64,000 nucleotides of DNA from an uncultured virus (IMG/VR IMGVR_UViG_3300042691_044383) (lineage: Duplodnaviria > Heunggongvirae > Uroviricota > Caudoviricetes): positions 1 through 64,000 of the IMG/VR virus record IMGVR_UViG_3300042691_044383. One strand, written 5' to 3'. The translations under genes and the position numbers were made by a program. Every line of letters starts with the position of its first letter. The first letter of the stretch is position 1. The notes under the pieces are model-generated. The model was not told the origin of the DNA and did no database searches. It saw only the letters and a program-made list of their open reading frames with translations. This document shows positions 10,010 through 19,762 of this stretch, piece after piece.

Positions 10010-10817
10010 AATTCAGCACTTCCACGTCAAAAGAATGATGCAATAAAGACGGAAACGGGTTGCCGTCCGAGAAAACGTAGTTCTCCTCGGAAACGCCTAT
10101 ACCGCGTCTACCTGCTCGACCGCCCACGTTGATGTTAACGCCACCAATAGGCCGCGATCGGATCGCCTGTGAGACTTTGGCACAAGCCTCGCAGTAGCAA
10201 ACTGCAACTGAAGTGCTGGCGTGCCCTAGCTTGGCACCCTGTTGCCGCACCAACTCGCCCAGAACGGAATCACCTCCGTTGTGTTGCAGCTGCGGAAAAG
10301 GGTAGCCCCACTTACGCAGAAAACCAACATTACCCACCCACCATCCCCCCGTGGCAAAGTCGTATACGTGACGAGGAGAAACGGGCTTACCGCCAAACCA
10401 AGATTGTTGCGGAATAGCCAAGTACTGGTTACCTCGCTGCTTTATTCGATGCAGACTTCCGTAAACATCGAATAAAGCAGCGTGGCTAAGTACGGTTTGC
10501 CACCACTCCGGGACGGCGTTAACTAAAAAGCTGTCGTCGTCGAACCACATAACATGAGAAGTACGCAAGCCAACAAACATGCGACTCATCAACGGATACT
10601 TGCCAACGTTTTTGTTGCCGCTCGGGCGATATGTTTTCACCGGAACCGAAGCGGACTTTTCAGCTGCCCACTCTTGCGCAAAAGAAAATGTCGCCTCGGA
10701 CACTGCGTTAAGCCCAAGACGAACTTCTCCGACTAAATGCGTGCTAGAGATAGACCCTAGCACGCGCTTAGCCAGTTCAGGGTAGTCGCCATAAAGCAAC
10801 ACACACACCGTAAACAT
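9999..10817 (-). CDS. Putative GT-A fold glycosyltransferase
   Basis: Hydrophobic first strand, NVGKYP, VMWFDDD (DxD), GGD motif. Confidence 0.65.
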   Translation of the reverse strand: MFTVCVLLYGDYPELAKRVLGSISSTHLVGEVRLGLNAVSEATFSFAQEWAAEKSASVPVKTYRPSGNKNVGKYPLMSRMFVGLRTSHVMWFDDDSFLVNAVPEWWQTVLSHAALFDVYGSLHRIKQRGNQYLAIPQQSWFGGKPVSPRHVYDFATGGWWVGNVGFLRKWGYPFPQLQHNGGDSVLGELVRQQGAKLGHASTSVAVCYCEACAKVSQAIRSRPIGGVNINVGGRAGRRGIGVSEENYVFSDGNPFPSLLHHSFDVEVLNYGV

Positions 10818-10821
10818 TACG

Positions 10822-11607
10822 TTACGAAGACTTCTTAGCGGCTGTCGCTACCGGTTTTGATGCCGCCTCCGACTTTGATCGAGCCGTCTTAAGCTTCTCT
10901 CTCGCCGAGCCCAAAGCCTTCTCGGTCTCCTCAAGCTTAAGAATGGCAACGTCAAGATTTTGCACGAAAGCCGGGTCAAACGCGTCCGACTCAATCTCCG
11001 CAACAGCCGTCGAAAACGGATCAAGCATCTCGTGCAGATAGTTTCCTGTTTGTTGCGTGCTGTTGATGAGCTTCTGCAACATGGCGTTTGGAGATTTCGG
11101 AATCCCCGGCTTCCTTCCTCCGTTCCGCTTGACGTCCGCCTCTTTCTTGCTGGAAATTTCAACGGAAAGTTCTTTTGCCGATAACGAGTTCTTCCGTATC
11201 TTGACCAGCAATGACTCTCGCCGACTTTCACTCGAAAGCTTTTGAAGCTCGCGAAAATGCGCGAAAGTCAAGTATTTTCCGTCGGCCAATGGTTCAGCGA
11301 CTTGTTGCAACAAATACTCACGCGGAAACGTTACCGCTACGTTACGGTAGTCCGTAAGCTGCGTCAGGCTAAACCCGTCCTTACCCAGGAAAGCTGCCAA
11401 CTTTTGCATCTCGCTGCGTTTTTCTGCGTCAGCCAAGTCTTCCGACTTGTAAAGAAGGTCAATGGCCTGCCCTATGTCATAATAAAGCAAGACACCAACC
11501 TTTCCCGCTGCCAGCACTTTTTCGCCGATCTTCTTCGCAATGTCCTGCGTGGTTGCAGACATTGAGTTGAAAACAGCCTGCCTTTTCTTCGACAGATTCA
11601 AAGTCAT
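10822..11607 (-). CDS. YhcG N-terminal (DUF1016_N)-like DNA-binding protein with coiled-coil tail
   Basis: LLYYDIG...LA..LG..GFS..L..YR....FP...LTFAHF..L...R...LS.KEL follows the DUF1016_N pattern; no nuclease domain. Confidence 0.6.
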   Translation of the reverse strand: MTLNLSKKRQAVFNSMSATTQDIAKKIGEKVLAAGKVGVLLYYDIGQAIDLLYKSEDLADAEKRSEMQKLAAFLGKDGFSLTQLTDYRNVAVTFPREYLLQQVAEPLADGKYLTFAHFRELQKLSSESRRESLLVKIRKNSLSAKELSVEISSKKEADVKRNGGRKPGIPKSPNAMLQKLINSTQQTGNYLHEMLDPFSTAVAEIESDAFDPAFVQNLDVAILKLEETEKALGSAREKLKTARSKSEAASKPVATAAKKSS

Positions 11608-11616
11608 AACCTACTC

Positions 11617-12156
11617 CTAAAACGTTTTCAAATGGTTCAAAAAGCCAGTGAAGGGCTGAACTATCATAGTAGTCCCGCCGTCGCCCCTGTAAAGGTGACA
11701 GCTTGAGCCCGGAGGCACGAATCTCTCGGGATCGCCGTCGTGAATGATCATACCCTGTTGGAAACCTTTCCGAGGAAAGAGCATACCAACGGGCCGACCT
11801 GCCGGAAACGTCTTGCTTCTTTCAATGTAAGCCTTAACAAAAGGAACAGACGTAAAAGACTTAAACCACATCGGATGCACCGAGCGGTTATCCCGGTGAA
11901 TAGGCGGGCTACCTTTCAACGTCTCCGCGAAAAGATATACCGGAAAATCATCGCACACCTGGTGGAAGTCACCCAAGGTAAACGAGCTTCCTTGCGAGAC
12001 ACGCTTCAAGTCCGCAATCAAAGTCTTGTAACCCATGACCTGCACAATGTGCATTATTCTACTGTGCTCCCAAGCTGCTTTCGTAACATCGCCAGCGTCC
12101 ATGGCCTGGAATTTCGACAGCAAAGGATTATTCGGATGCTGGGGCCTGTCGGTCAT
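11617..12156 (-). CDS. Hypothetical protein coupled to recA
   Basis: TAATG overlap with recA stop. Confidence 0.65.
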   Translation of the reverse strand: MTDRPQHPNNPLLSKFQAMDAGDVTKAAWEHSRIMHIVQVMGYKTLIADLKRVSQGSSFTLGDFHQVCDDFPVYLFAETLKGSPPIHRDNRSVHPMWFKSFTSVPFVKAYIERSKTFPAGRPVGMLFPRKGFQQGMIIHDGDPERFVPPGSSCHLYRGDGGTTMIVQPFTGFLNHLKTF

Positions 12157-13703
12157 TATTCAGCCGCCTTTCTGTATTTTGCCTGAATGTCCTGCAACGA
12201 TATTCCGTCCACAAGCTTTGGCCGTATTTTAATGCCCAAAGCTTCACGTATTCGCTGCGAAACTTCTGCATTCTCGTGGATCATTCGCCCCACCTCCTGC
12301 CAAGACAAATACTCGTCCTTACCCATGCCTAACGCTCGCATGTTAGCCAAGCACTCAATATCCGCCGCCGCAGATTTGACCTTCAACTCCAGGTCAGCTT
12401 TCTTCAGCCGGTTTTTATTGATGCCTTCCGCTGATTGCAGAAGATCGCATATAGCCCAATCCCAGTCCCAGGTCACACGCTGAACAAGTTCGCCAGTAAC
12501 CTCGTCCTCATCGTACCACCACAAGAAACGAGTCTTGATGGCGCGATGCGTTGGCCCGAAGGAATTTTTTGCACAGGCTATACGCACGCCTATGCCCTCA
12601 AACTGAGCGTTTTTGAACTTACTTCGCCACACGGACATGTGGAGCTCGATGGATTCTCGGAAGTTCACGTTCCCGCCACCTAACGTGTACGCGTGCTCGA
12701 TACCGCGATCGTCCTTGCGTGTCTTCAAATGGTTTACAATGAAAACCATGAAAGGATGATTGGCAAGCTTCGGTATGATCGCATTCAGGTAGTTTTTATT
12801 TTTCAACGCGTCAACCGGGTGTGCCCGATTCGCATAACCTTCTTCCATCACCTTGTCTTGAATTTCCTCCGACAAGCTTGCCGCAAGCGAATCCAAACCA
12901 ATAGCAACAGGAATGGTTGCACCAGGACCAGGCTCTTCTTTAGTCCCTCGAAGCAATCGTTTAACCTCGGAAACATAGTGCGTGAACATGGACTGCCACT
13001 CCTCCGTGGAATTGCATCGGTTGGAATTGAAAGGCAACGGACCTTCCGTTTGCCGCATAATGCGGCATGCAAAATCGCCGTCGAACTTGGCCTCCGTGTC
13101 AAGGTGAAACGGAAGACCATTCAACTCGTGGACCCAACGAAAGAACTCAAAAAGCAGTGAGCTTTTGCACGAACCCCAGCTTCCAGCGAGCATCATCAAG
13201 GCAAACGGCAATACGTCGTTTGCAATAACGTACTCGATTGGCAACGACGGAGTCGGAATACCCACGCAAAGCTGCTCCAGCTCTTGCTTGCTACCGAAAA
13301 CCTTCGTCGCACCAAATTTCTCTTTCGCCGCAGCCGTGAAAGCGGCCATCATGCCGTTTCGAGATTTTCCACGGTTTTCTTCCGACCATTTATCGGCCAA
13401 AACCGCTTTTCCAGCTTTGGTCAAATTTCGATCGTCGTGAAAAACCGCAAGCTTACCTGTTGACTGTGGCTTCGCTTCCGCGACCTTGCGGTTAATTGCG
13501 TTTTTAACATCCTTCTTTTTTTCGTTTTTAGCTTTATCCGGCTTTTTTGAAGCCTGCGACTTGGAGGTACTCGTCACCTTTTCGGGCTTATCAATTACCT
13601 CGGGTTCCGCCGCAATCTCTCCCTCCGGTTCGCTTGTCGCAGGTTTCGGCTCGTCCGGCGGCACAGCCAAAGGGTCGTCAATGAACTCATCGTAATCGGA
13701 CAT
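12156..13703 (-). CDS. recA: RecA/UvsX-like recombinase with low-complexity N-terminal extension
   Basis: Walker A GSWGSCKS, LDTE, Walker B IGLDSLAA, VNH, GG, KNSFGP. Confidence 0.85.
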   Translation of the reverse strand: MSDYDEFIDDPLAVPPDEPKPATSEPEGEIAAEPEVIDKPEKVTSTSKSQASKKPDKAKNEKKKDVKNAINRKVAEAKPQSTGKLAVFHDDRNLTKAGKAVLADKWSEENRGKSRNGMMAAFTAAAKEKFGATKVFGSKQELEQLCVGIPTPSLPIEYVIANDVLPFALMMLAGSWGSCKSSLLFEFFRWVHELNGLPFHLDTEAKFDGDFACRIMRQTEGPLPFNSNRCNSTEEWQSMFTHYVSEVKRLLRGTKEEPGPGATIPVAIGLDSLAASLSEEIQDKVMEEGYANRAHPVDALKNKNYLNAIIPKLANHPFMVFIVNHLKTRKDDRGIEHAYTLGGGNVNFRESIELHMSVWRSKFKNAQFEGIGVRIACAKNSFGPTHRAIKTRFLWWYDEDEVTGELVQRVTWDWDWAICDLLQSAEGINKNRLKKADLELKVKSAAADIECLANMRALGMGKDEYLSWQEVGRMIHENAEVSQRIREALGIKIRPKLVDGISLQDIQAKYRKAAE

Positions 13704-13709
13704 AACAGC

Positions 13710-13743
13710 TCCAAAGAAGCGTAGCCGGCTTAACCGGCTACGC
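13710..13743 (-). terminator. Hairpin with short U-tract directly before the recA SD
   Basis: Perfect 10-bp stem GCGTAGCCGG/CCGGCTACGC, then TTCTTT-GGAG on the minus strand. Confidence 0.6.
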
Positions 13744-13767
13744 GAGGCAAAAAACTAAACTGATAAA

Positions 13768-15561
13768 CTAGGCCTTCGGCTTTGAACCTCGCGACGAAGA
13801 ACGCGAAATTGCCTTGGCTGCCGCCATGCTCTTGTTAACACTGGCCTGGAAAGGATCGACCTCGCTGGCACCGGCTTCATCTTCGGTGTCACCCGTTTGA
13901 ACGTCGAAGTCCGCAGAAACCTCGTCTTCAAACGCTTCCACGTGCTGAAACTGTTCGATGATCTCTCCGCCCTCGTCGACTTCAAGATCATCGGTTTCGG
14001 CTTCGATTTCACCTTCGTTTTCAAAAGAATCCATCAGGTCCTCCGCGTCCAATCCGGCTGGATCCTCCACCGAAACCTGCGAGACATCCTCCTCTGCCAC
14101 CGCGTCAAAGTCCTCGAAAGGAACGTCTGCAACTGGTTGCGGTTTAGGCTGCCTTGTGCTGCGACTAGCCGGTGGAGCAACAGGCGTAGTCTGCACGTCT
14201 TCTTCCGCTAGCTCGGGATCGTACTCCGGAATAGCGACCTGCGTACGATTGTTCAAAACAGCTTTGACCGCGTCAAAGGCCAGGTACTCGGGATTGCTCA
14301 TCCAACAAAGCTTTACCAAGTTCGGAACAAATTTGAACGCATTAGCAATCCAGATGCAACGCTCTTCGATCGATGGCTCGAACAAGAAAAATGAATCCGC
14401 CGGATCCTGATCCGAGTCCTTCCAAAAGAAAAGATGTTTTGACGTGATGTTGTTGACCTGTTCCGTGCTTAGACCAGGTCGCAGCACCAAGCCGTTTGGC
14501 CCCACGATGCCGTTGGTTACAGCGGCCTCGTAAAGCGTTACCTGCTCGCCGCCCTTCTGCAGCTTCGAACTTTTGGCGTCTGGCTGTTTGGCCGCAAAAA
14601 CATAAGTCGTGTTGCCTGCCAGTTGCTTGTGCACAGGATCCGTCTTGTCCGGTACAAACGTATCCGGATTGAAAAGATGGAAGAAAACACCTCCTTTGAC
14701 AGTGCGTGTGTCCGCATCAAATTTACCGCAGGGGTCGCCGTACTTGTACATCACCGCAGGATCAACGTCTGGATCGCCTTGGAACTTCTCTTTCGTTCGA
14801 ACCATCAACTCCAGAAGCTTACGCCCAGCGCTTGCCGACACCGTTATCAGTGGCACCGGGTCTTCCGCAGCGTCGCCCAAGGGAACACCGTCACGCGGGA
14901 CCTCTTTCTCGAAAGGCTTACCGTTCTTCTCGTAACTGGAATACTCGCGTATTAAATCCAAATTCGGGCCGTTGTTGTAGACCGATCCGACGATGAAGTA
15001 CTGCTGCTTCCAAGGAGAAATAGCCTTGTTCATTGTGGCCGGCAAAAGACAGTTCCAATCCGGGTCCCACTTGCGGTTTTGCGAAAATCGTCCACTTTGG
15101 TGCGCGTCTTTGGCGACCTTGCAAAACTTGACGTACGGCTCCTCCCAAAAATCGACGCCTTCGACAACGTGCTGCTTGCTTCTCGCAATGATGTAGCTGA
15201 CCGGGTTGCAATCCTTGTCGTCGTGACCGATGATGCGGTCAGTTTTACGATTCACGCCTGCGTAGCTGCATACAAACACCGGTTCAGAAATCGAAACACC
15301 TTCCAGCCCCGCCGTATCGTACTGCGAAGTTCGTCCGTTCATCAAATCGACCGGATTCTCTGGATTTAACATGTTCCAGATACGAATTGAGAGCAGACCT
15401 CCTTTCTTGTAGCACTCAGGCTGGATAAGCCGGATGTTCTTGGCGTTTTTGTTGATGAAGTGATTGTTCCGCGGCGAATTGGCTCCGTTGTCAGCGGAAG
15501 GCAAAAGATTTCGCGTTGTGGCGGCCTTGGAACGCGGTCGTAGTCGGTTTTGTCCTTGCAT
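13768..15561 (-). CDS. Large protein with very acidic C-terminal tail; possible ssDNA-binding/recombination mediator
   Basis: ATG 15561 with GGAG SD; D/E-rich last ~130 aa; lies between tmk and recA. Function is inference. Confidence 0.5.
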   Translation of the reverse strand: MQGQNRLRPRSKAATTRNLLPSADNGANSPRNNHFINKNAKNIRLIQPECYKKGGLLSIRIWNMLNPENPVDLMNGRTSQYDTAGLEGVSISEPVFVCSYAGVNRKTDRIIGHDDKDCNPVSYIIARSKQHVVEGVDFWEEPYVKFCKVAKDAHQSGRFSQNRKWDPDWNCLLPATMNKAISPWKQQYFIVGSVYNNGPNLDLIREYSSYEKNGKPFEKEVPRDGVPLGDAAEDPVPLITVSASAGRKLLELMVRTKEKFQGDPDVDPAVMYKYGDPCGKFDADTRTVKGGVFFHLFNPDTFVPDKTDPVHKQLAGNTTYVFAAKQPDAKSSKLQKGGEQVTLYEAAVTNGIVGPNGLVLRPGLSTEQVNNITSKHLFFWKDSDQDPADSFFLFEPSIEERCIWIANAFKFVPNLVKLCWMSNPEYLAFDAVKAVLNNRTQVAIPEYDPELAEEDVQTTPVAPPASRSTRQPKPQPVADVPFEDFDAVAEEDVSQVSVEDPAGLDAEDLMDSFENEGEIEAETDDLEVDEGGEIIEQFQHVEAFEDEVSADFDVQTGDTEDEAGASEVDPFQASVNKSMAAAKAISRSSSRGSKPKA

Positions 15562-15563
15562 TG

Positions 15564-16235
15564 TTACTCCAAAAAACTCTGAATAAATGAAACAACTTCT
15601 GAAACTAACTCTGGAAAATACCTCAAATCGTCCTGTTTTTCGCCGGTTGTGCAATCGACCCGCAAAAACTTGGCATCGGGGTGCCACTGCTGCATTTGCG
15701 CGTAAAAGCCAGCGACATTATGCAACAGCTCTCGCTGCCTTTCAAGCAGATCCAGAACGTTTTTTGTGTAGCGTCTTTCCTGCTTTTTAGCGACGTTGCT
15801 GATAGCCAAATCCAACGGCATGTCCATGAAGACAATTCCGTCGGGGCGAGGTAAACCCATTTTTTCGTACTCTAAATCCAAAATCAATTTAATGATCTGC
15901 TGCTCTCTCTCCCTTTCTACGCCAGCAGCAGCGTAAGCCAAGTTGCTCGGAACATACCTGTCGCAAAAGACAATGTCATTACAAGCCAATGCCGCCTTCA
16001 GCTCCTCCTTGGAGTGAAGTCGCTCTAACGCAAACAAAGAGGCTTGCACCTCTATCGGAAAACGTCCAAATTGGCCGTCTAAATACTTTCCGATGAGCTC
16101 GCTCCAAGCGTTTTTTCCGTAAGCTGGAAAAGAAAACAACTGTGTTTTCTTGCCGGCCCGGTCAAAGTGCTCCTTTAACAACTTGGTGATGGTTCCTTTG
16201 CCCGAACCATCAATGCCTTCGATACAAAGCAACAT
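15564..16235 (-). CDS. tmk: Thymidylate (dTMP) kinase
   Basis: IEGIDGSGKGT P-loop, FPAY, CDRY..SN, PD..VFMD. Confidence 0.92.
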   Translation of the reverse strand: MLLCIEGIDGSGKGTITKLLKEHFDRAGKKTQLFSFPAYGKNAWSELIGKYLDGQFGRFPIEVQASLFALERLHSKEELKAALACNDIVFCDRYVPSNLAYAAAGVEREREQQIIKLILDLEYEKMGLPRPDGIVFMDMPLDLAISNVAKKQERRYTKNVLDLLERQRELLHNVAGFYAQMQQWHPDAKFLRVDCTTGEKQDDLRYFPELVSEVVSFIQSFLE

Positions 16236-16240
16236 TCTAT

Positions 16241-19200
16241 TTATCGCCTACGTTTTGATGACTTGAACTTACCAGGTACATACGGATCCGGAGGTGTTAT
16301 GTCTCGCTTGACGCGAGGTTTCGAGACGTCCACAACGGATCTCTCTTCGCCTGCTTTTGGCGTCTGACTATAGTGCACGACGCATCCGTCTACAACGCCA
16401 CGACCTACGGGCAGACCAAGCCTTTTGGCGTCCGCGTCAAATATACGCTCGCCCCAGTTTGTAGTCACCTCCCCCTCAATACCAAGGTAGAAGGGACCCG
16501 CACCTGTGGGCTCACCCTCGAGCATACCGCTAATGTGCGTCGGGAAAATAGGGACGGCTTTTCGCATGTACGTAGGAATGACATACTCGCACACGTGTTT
16601 AACGTAGCGGTACGGAACCTCCAAGATCAATGCGTCATGGATCTGCAGAAGCAAATTGAACATGTGGTGCCCGAGGCTGATCTGCTTGTTCCTGTAGTCA
16701 ATCAGGTAACCAACAGCCCTGCTTGCCACCGAAGCAATCATGCTTTGAATCGGGAAATTCATAGCTTGCCGTTCAAACTCGGATTCCAAATCGCTAGCGC
16801 CAAAGCTGTCCGGAAAACGCCTAAATCGCCCAAAGCAGTTGCACAGGTATCGCGGTACGGACACAGGTTGATGATTACTATCCAAGTAGTAACCGCGTGC
16901 ACGCTCCTTGCAACCCTCGAAGAACGGTACGAGCTTCGGGTACGTTGCGAAAATGGTCTTGATAACCGCTCTTGCTTCGTCCACCGAAATATCGATACCT
17001 TCCTCCTTCGCACCCACTGAAATAGCCTTGGCACCTCGCCCGTAAGCAATCCCGAAAATAACGGACTTCGCCACGTTGCGGAGGTGATCCTTTTTGATCT
17101 GCTCCAGACCTTTTTTGGTTGGAGGGCATTTCAGCTTGAAGGCGTTAACTGCCACATTCGAGTGAATGTCATAGTAATTGGGGTGCGTGTCCTCCAACTG
17201 GTTACGCCTTGCGTGCTCGATCATGGCTGTGTCTCCCGACATAACAGCCATACCGAAAAGCTCTGCTCCGACGTAGTCAGCTTCAACGAAAACGTGTCCC
17301 GGAGAGGCCTTTAAAATACTTCGCAGTTTATACTTGTACCTGCTACCTAGAATGCGTTTGAAATCCTTGTCACGCTTCTTCGATATGTTCGTCAGGTTGG
17401 GTCTAGCGCTCGACCACCTACCAGTCTCCTTCGTCTGGTATATGTGCGTCCTGATTTTACCGTCTGAGCAACAAACGGAAGCTAGGCCCTTGTCGTACTC
17501 CATGTTTCCGTCAGCGTCATAACAAGTTTCCTGTGTACAAGGATCGGTATTTGGTGGCCTTAAAACCGTTTTCAACGCTTGGTCAAGAAAGCGGTGATCC
17601 CGAAGCATCCCAAGTATTTCTCTTGTTTTTGCGTCTGGCACCGTCTGCACCAGAATTGACAAAACCTGCTTGCTGGTACAAGGGCTGTGCTGGCTTTCAA
17701 CATTTTTTTGTCGAAGCTCTTCCCACTGTTTCGGCGGTTTGCTGGTATCGTACAGCGGCATAAGGTTCAACGAGATCGCGTCGGCTGGCCGCACACGAAC
17801 GGGACCGCCTGTCTCAGGGTCTCGCTTGCCGTTGAGCAAATGCCCGAAAAGGACCTCTCGCACCTGCGTTAAAGACCGAATGTTGAAGTCCGGCCAATTC
17901 AAACTTTCGCGTATTTTACTCTCCAGTGCGGTTCGACCGTCAAGGAACTGCACCGTCAGAAAATCAACACGTGATCTGTCGAGCGTCATGCCGCTGCGGT
18001 GAATGTCCAACACAGCCGGCGTGGCGATTTGTGCTTCCCAAAAAGCTTCTCTGCAGCAGTTACCGTCGTAGTCGCTATCGAGCAAAGGATTGAACTTATA
18101 GTAAAGTCGAAGCGTGACATCCGCATCCCACATGCCGTAAGGCAGCAAGACGTTGTCTGGGCATTCGCCATATCCTTCGAGCGACTCCGACGACAGACCC
18201 TTTTGTTTGCAGTAGCTGGTCTTCCACTCTTGCAAATCCACGTCATATCTGTGCGCGTTAAGATACCTGGCCGCAAGCAGCTCAAGCTTGTAGTTGGCCG
18301 TCTCTTCTATCGCGTGGCACATAAGGCCCGTGTCAGCCCCGCCCTCGTACTTTGTCCGGTACCAAGCCGGAACGGTTTCTCCGGGCTTAAACCCGTCTTC
18401 AAGGTAAAAGCTCAAAAGCCTCTTTGCGCCCTTCGGTACGGAATCTGCCGGAGGTATTTCCAAGTCATAGAGCTTGCACGAGAAGCACTCTTGAATGTCT
18501 ATACCATAGGCAACAAGCCACTCCAAATCCGCGTTGAAGAAGTGCCCGATTACACGCTTGCGTTTGAACCGAAGAACTGCTTCTGACCCGTCCTCTCGCG
18601 TGACGGTGACGTTTCCTCCCTTGAAAAAAGCGTTGAACAACGATTTAACTTCGGGATTGTTTTTGACGTCAATGTCCGAATTAACGGCACCCCCTGCAAG
18701 ATGCAGAATGATACCGATTACCTTTCCCGGTTTCCAAGCAAGCTGAATTGTCCGCATGTACGAACCATTGTTGACCGGATGCTGTCCGTTCCACTCCGCG
18801 TCGACCGCAATCACCTCCTCAATAGGGTCGTAGTCTTTGTCGATTTCTGAAAAATAGTAAATCAATTCATCAAACGAAGAAACCACATTGTGGTCCACTT
18901 CCGTGTCAAAGCTAACGTTCTTGCCCTGCGTCAAGTTTACAAAGGCGGCTAAGCCCGTTTCCAACGCGCGGATAGCCGACTGGTCTCTTGCCGTTTGACG
19001 CGGATGCACGACAGTCATCACGCTCGCCTCACGCCAACTCGAGTCCAAGTCTTTCTCGTTCGAGGCAACGTTGTAACGGTGCTTGACGACTTTACCCAGC
19101 ATGTCGTTAACACCGTGCCCGTCGCCCAGCAAAGCCTTACTGGCGTCAGTGCCTAGACACAAGATATAATCCGGTTGCACGATTTTGATCTCGTGTGCCA

Positions 19201-19762
19201 GAAGATAAGCACCGTCCTTCACCCACTGAGCCCTGAAAGTCGTTTTACCGTTGGGCGGCATAAACTTTACAAGGTGCGTAACGTAAATGTTTCCGACACC
19301 TGTCATCTTGCAGCCTGCAAAAATGTCCATGAGGATTTTTCCATCCTCGTCGCCAAAACAACGACCGTTTTTCATCGCTGAAACCCAAGGGTTTTTGTTG
19401 ACGATCATAATCTTGGCCCGCCTAGGCCCGTCCACAGTTGAACCCCACACATGCCCTGGCAAAAACTGAGCGTCTTTCGTTTGATGCGCTGCCGTTTCAA
19501 CTGGCAAAACGAACGCTTTGTCCCGAAGAGCTGCCCTTATCAGGTCATACATGAAGGAATCACTGCTGTCGCCCTTCGCCTGAGCATACTGAATAAAAGC
19601 ACTTCCGCCGTAGAGCGTAGGCAGACCTGGTGCGTCCAAGTTGTAAATCTCAGACCCTGTAAGTATTTTATCCAGCTGCGACAGCTTAAGTCTTTGTTCG
19701 GCAACAGTTGCTTTACCAGAAGCGCTGATGGCACCGCCGAGCTTCTCTATCTTTCTAGCCAT
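16241..19762 (-). CDS. polA: Family A DNA polymerase with N-terminal UDG-like domain and 3'-5' exonuclease
   Basis: Exo motifs AVDAE, GHFFNAD, YGMWDA; TGRWSS..PNL; motif A EADYVGAE; motif B RNVAKSVIFGIAYG; NFPIQS; motif C QIHDAL. Confidence 0.95.
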   Translation of the reverse strand: MARKIEKLGGAISASGKATVAEQRLKLSQLDKILTGSEIYNLDAPGLPTLYGGSAFIQYAQAKGDSSDSFMYDLIRAALRDKAFVLPVETAAHQTKDAQFLPGHVWGSTVDGPRRAKIMIVNKNPWVSAMKNGRCFGDEDGKILMDIFAGCKMTGVGNIYVTHLVKFMPPNGKTTFRAQWVKDGAYLLAHEIKIVQPDYILCLGTDASKALLGDGHGVNDMLGKVVKHRYNVASNEKDLDSSWREASVMTVVHPRQTARDQSAIRALETGLAAFVNLTQGKNVSFDTEVDHNVVSSFDELIYYFSEIDKDYDPIEEVIAVDAEWNGQHPVNNGSYMRTIQLAWKPGKVIGIILHLAGGAVNSDIDVKNNPEVKSLFNAFFKGGNVTVTREDGSEAVLRFKRKRVIGHFFNADLEWLVAYGIDIQECFSCKLYDLEIPPADSVPKGAKRLLSFYLEDGFKPGETVPAWYRTKYEGGADTGLMCHAIEETANYKLELLAARYLNAHRYDVDLQEWKTSYCKQKGLSSESLEGYGECPDNVLLPYGMWDADVTLRLYYKFNPLLDSDYDGNCCREAFWEAQIATPAVLDIHRSGMTLDRSRVDFLTVQFLDGRTALESKIRESLNWPDFNIRSLTQVREVLFGHLLNGKRDPETGGPVRVRPADAISLNLMPLYDTSKPPKQWEELRQKNVESQHSPCTSKQVLSILVQTVPDAKTREILGMLRDHRFLDQALKTVLRPPNTDPCTQETCYDADGNMEYDKGLASVCCSDGKIRTHIYQTKETGRWSSARPNLTNISKKRDKDFKRILGSRYKYKLRSILKASPGHVFVEADYVGAELFGMAVMSGDTAMIEHARRNQLEDTHPNYYDIHSNVAVNAFKLKCPPTKKGLEQIKKDHLRNVAKSVIFGIAYGRGAKAISVGAKEEGIDISVDEARAVIKTIFATYPKLVPFFEGCKERARGYYLDSNHQPVSVPRYLCNCFGRFRRFPDSFGASDLESEFERQAMNFPIQSMIASVASRAVGYLIDYRNKQISLGHHMFNLLLQIHDALILEVPYRYVKHVCEYVIPTYMRKAVPIFPTHISGMLEGEPTGAGPFYLGIEGEVTTNWGERIFDADAKRLGLPVGRGVVDGCVVHYSQTPKAGEERSVVDVSKPRVKRDITPPDPYVPGKFKSSKRRR

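Noticed and set aside
15562..15687. Extension of the 639-aa ORF
   Set aside because: Overlaps tmk; ATG 15561 has an SD
16241..19762. Intein or intron in the polymerase; special meaning for motif C HDA
   Set aside because: No intein termini or homing endonuclease motifs; the size is explained by the UDG-like domain and short inserts; HDA alone is not diagnostic
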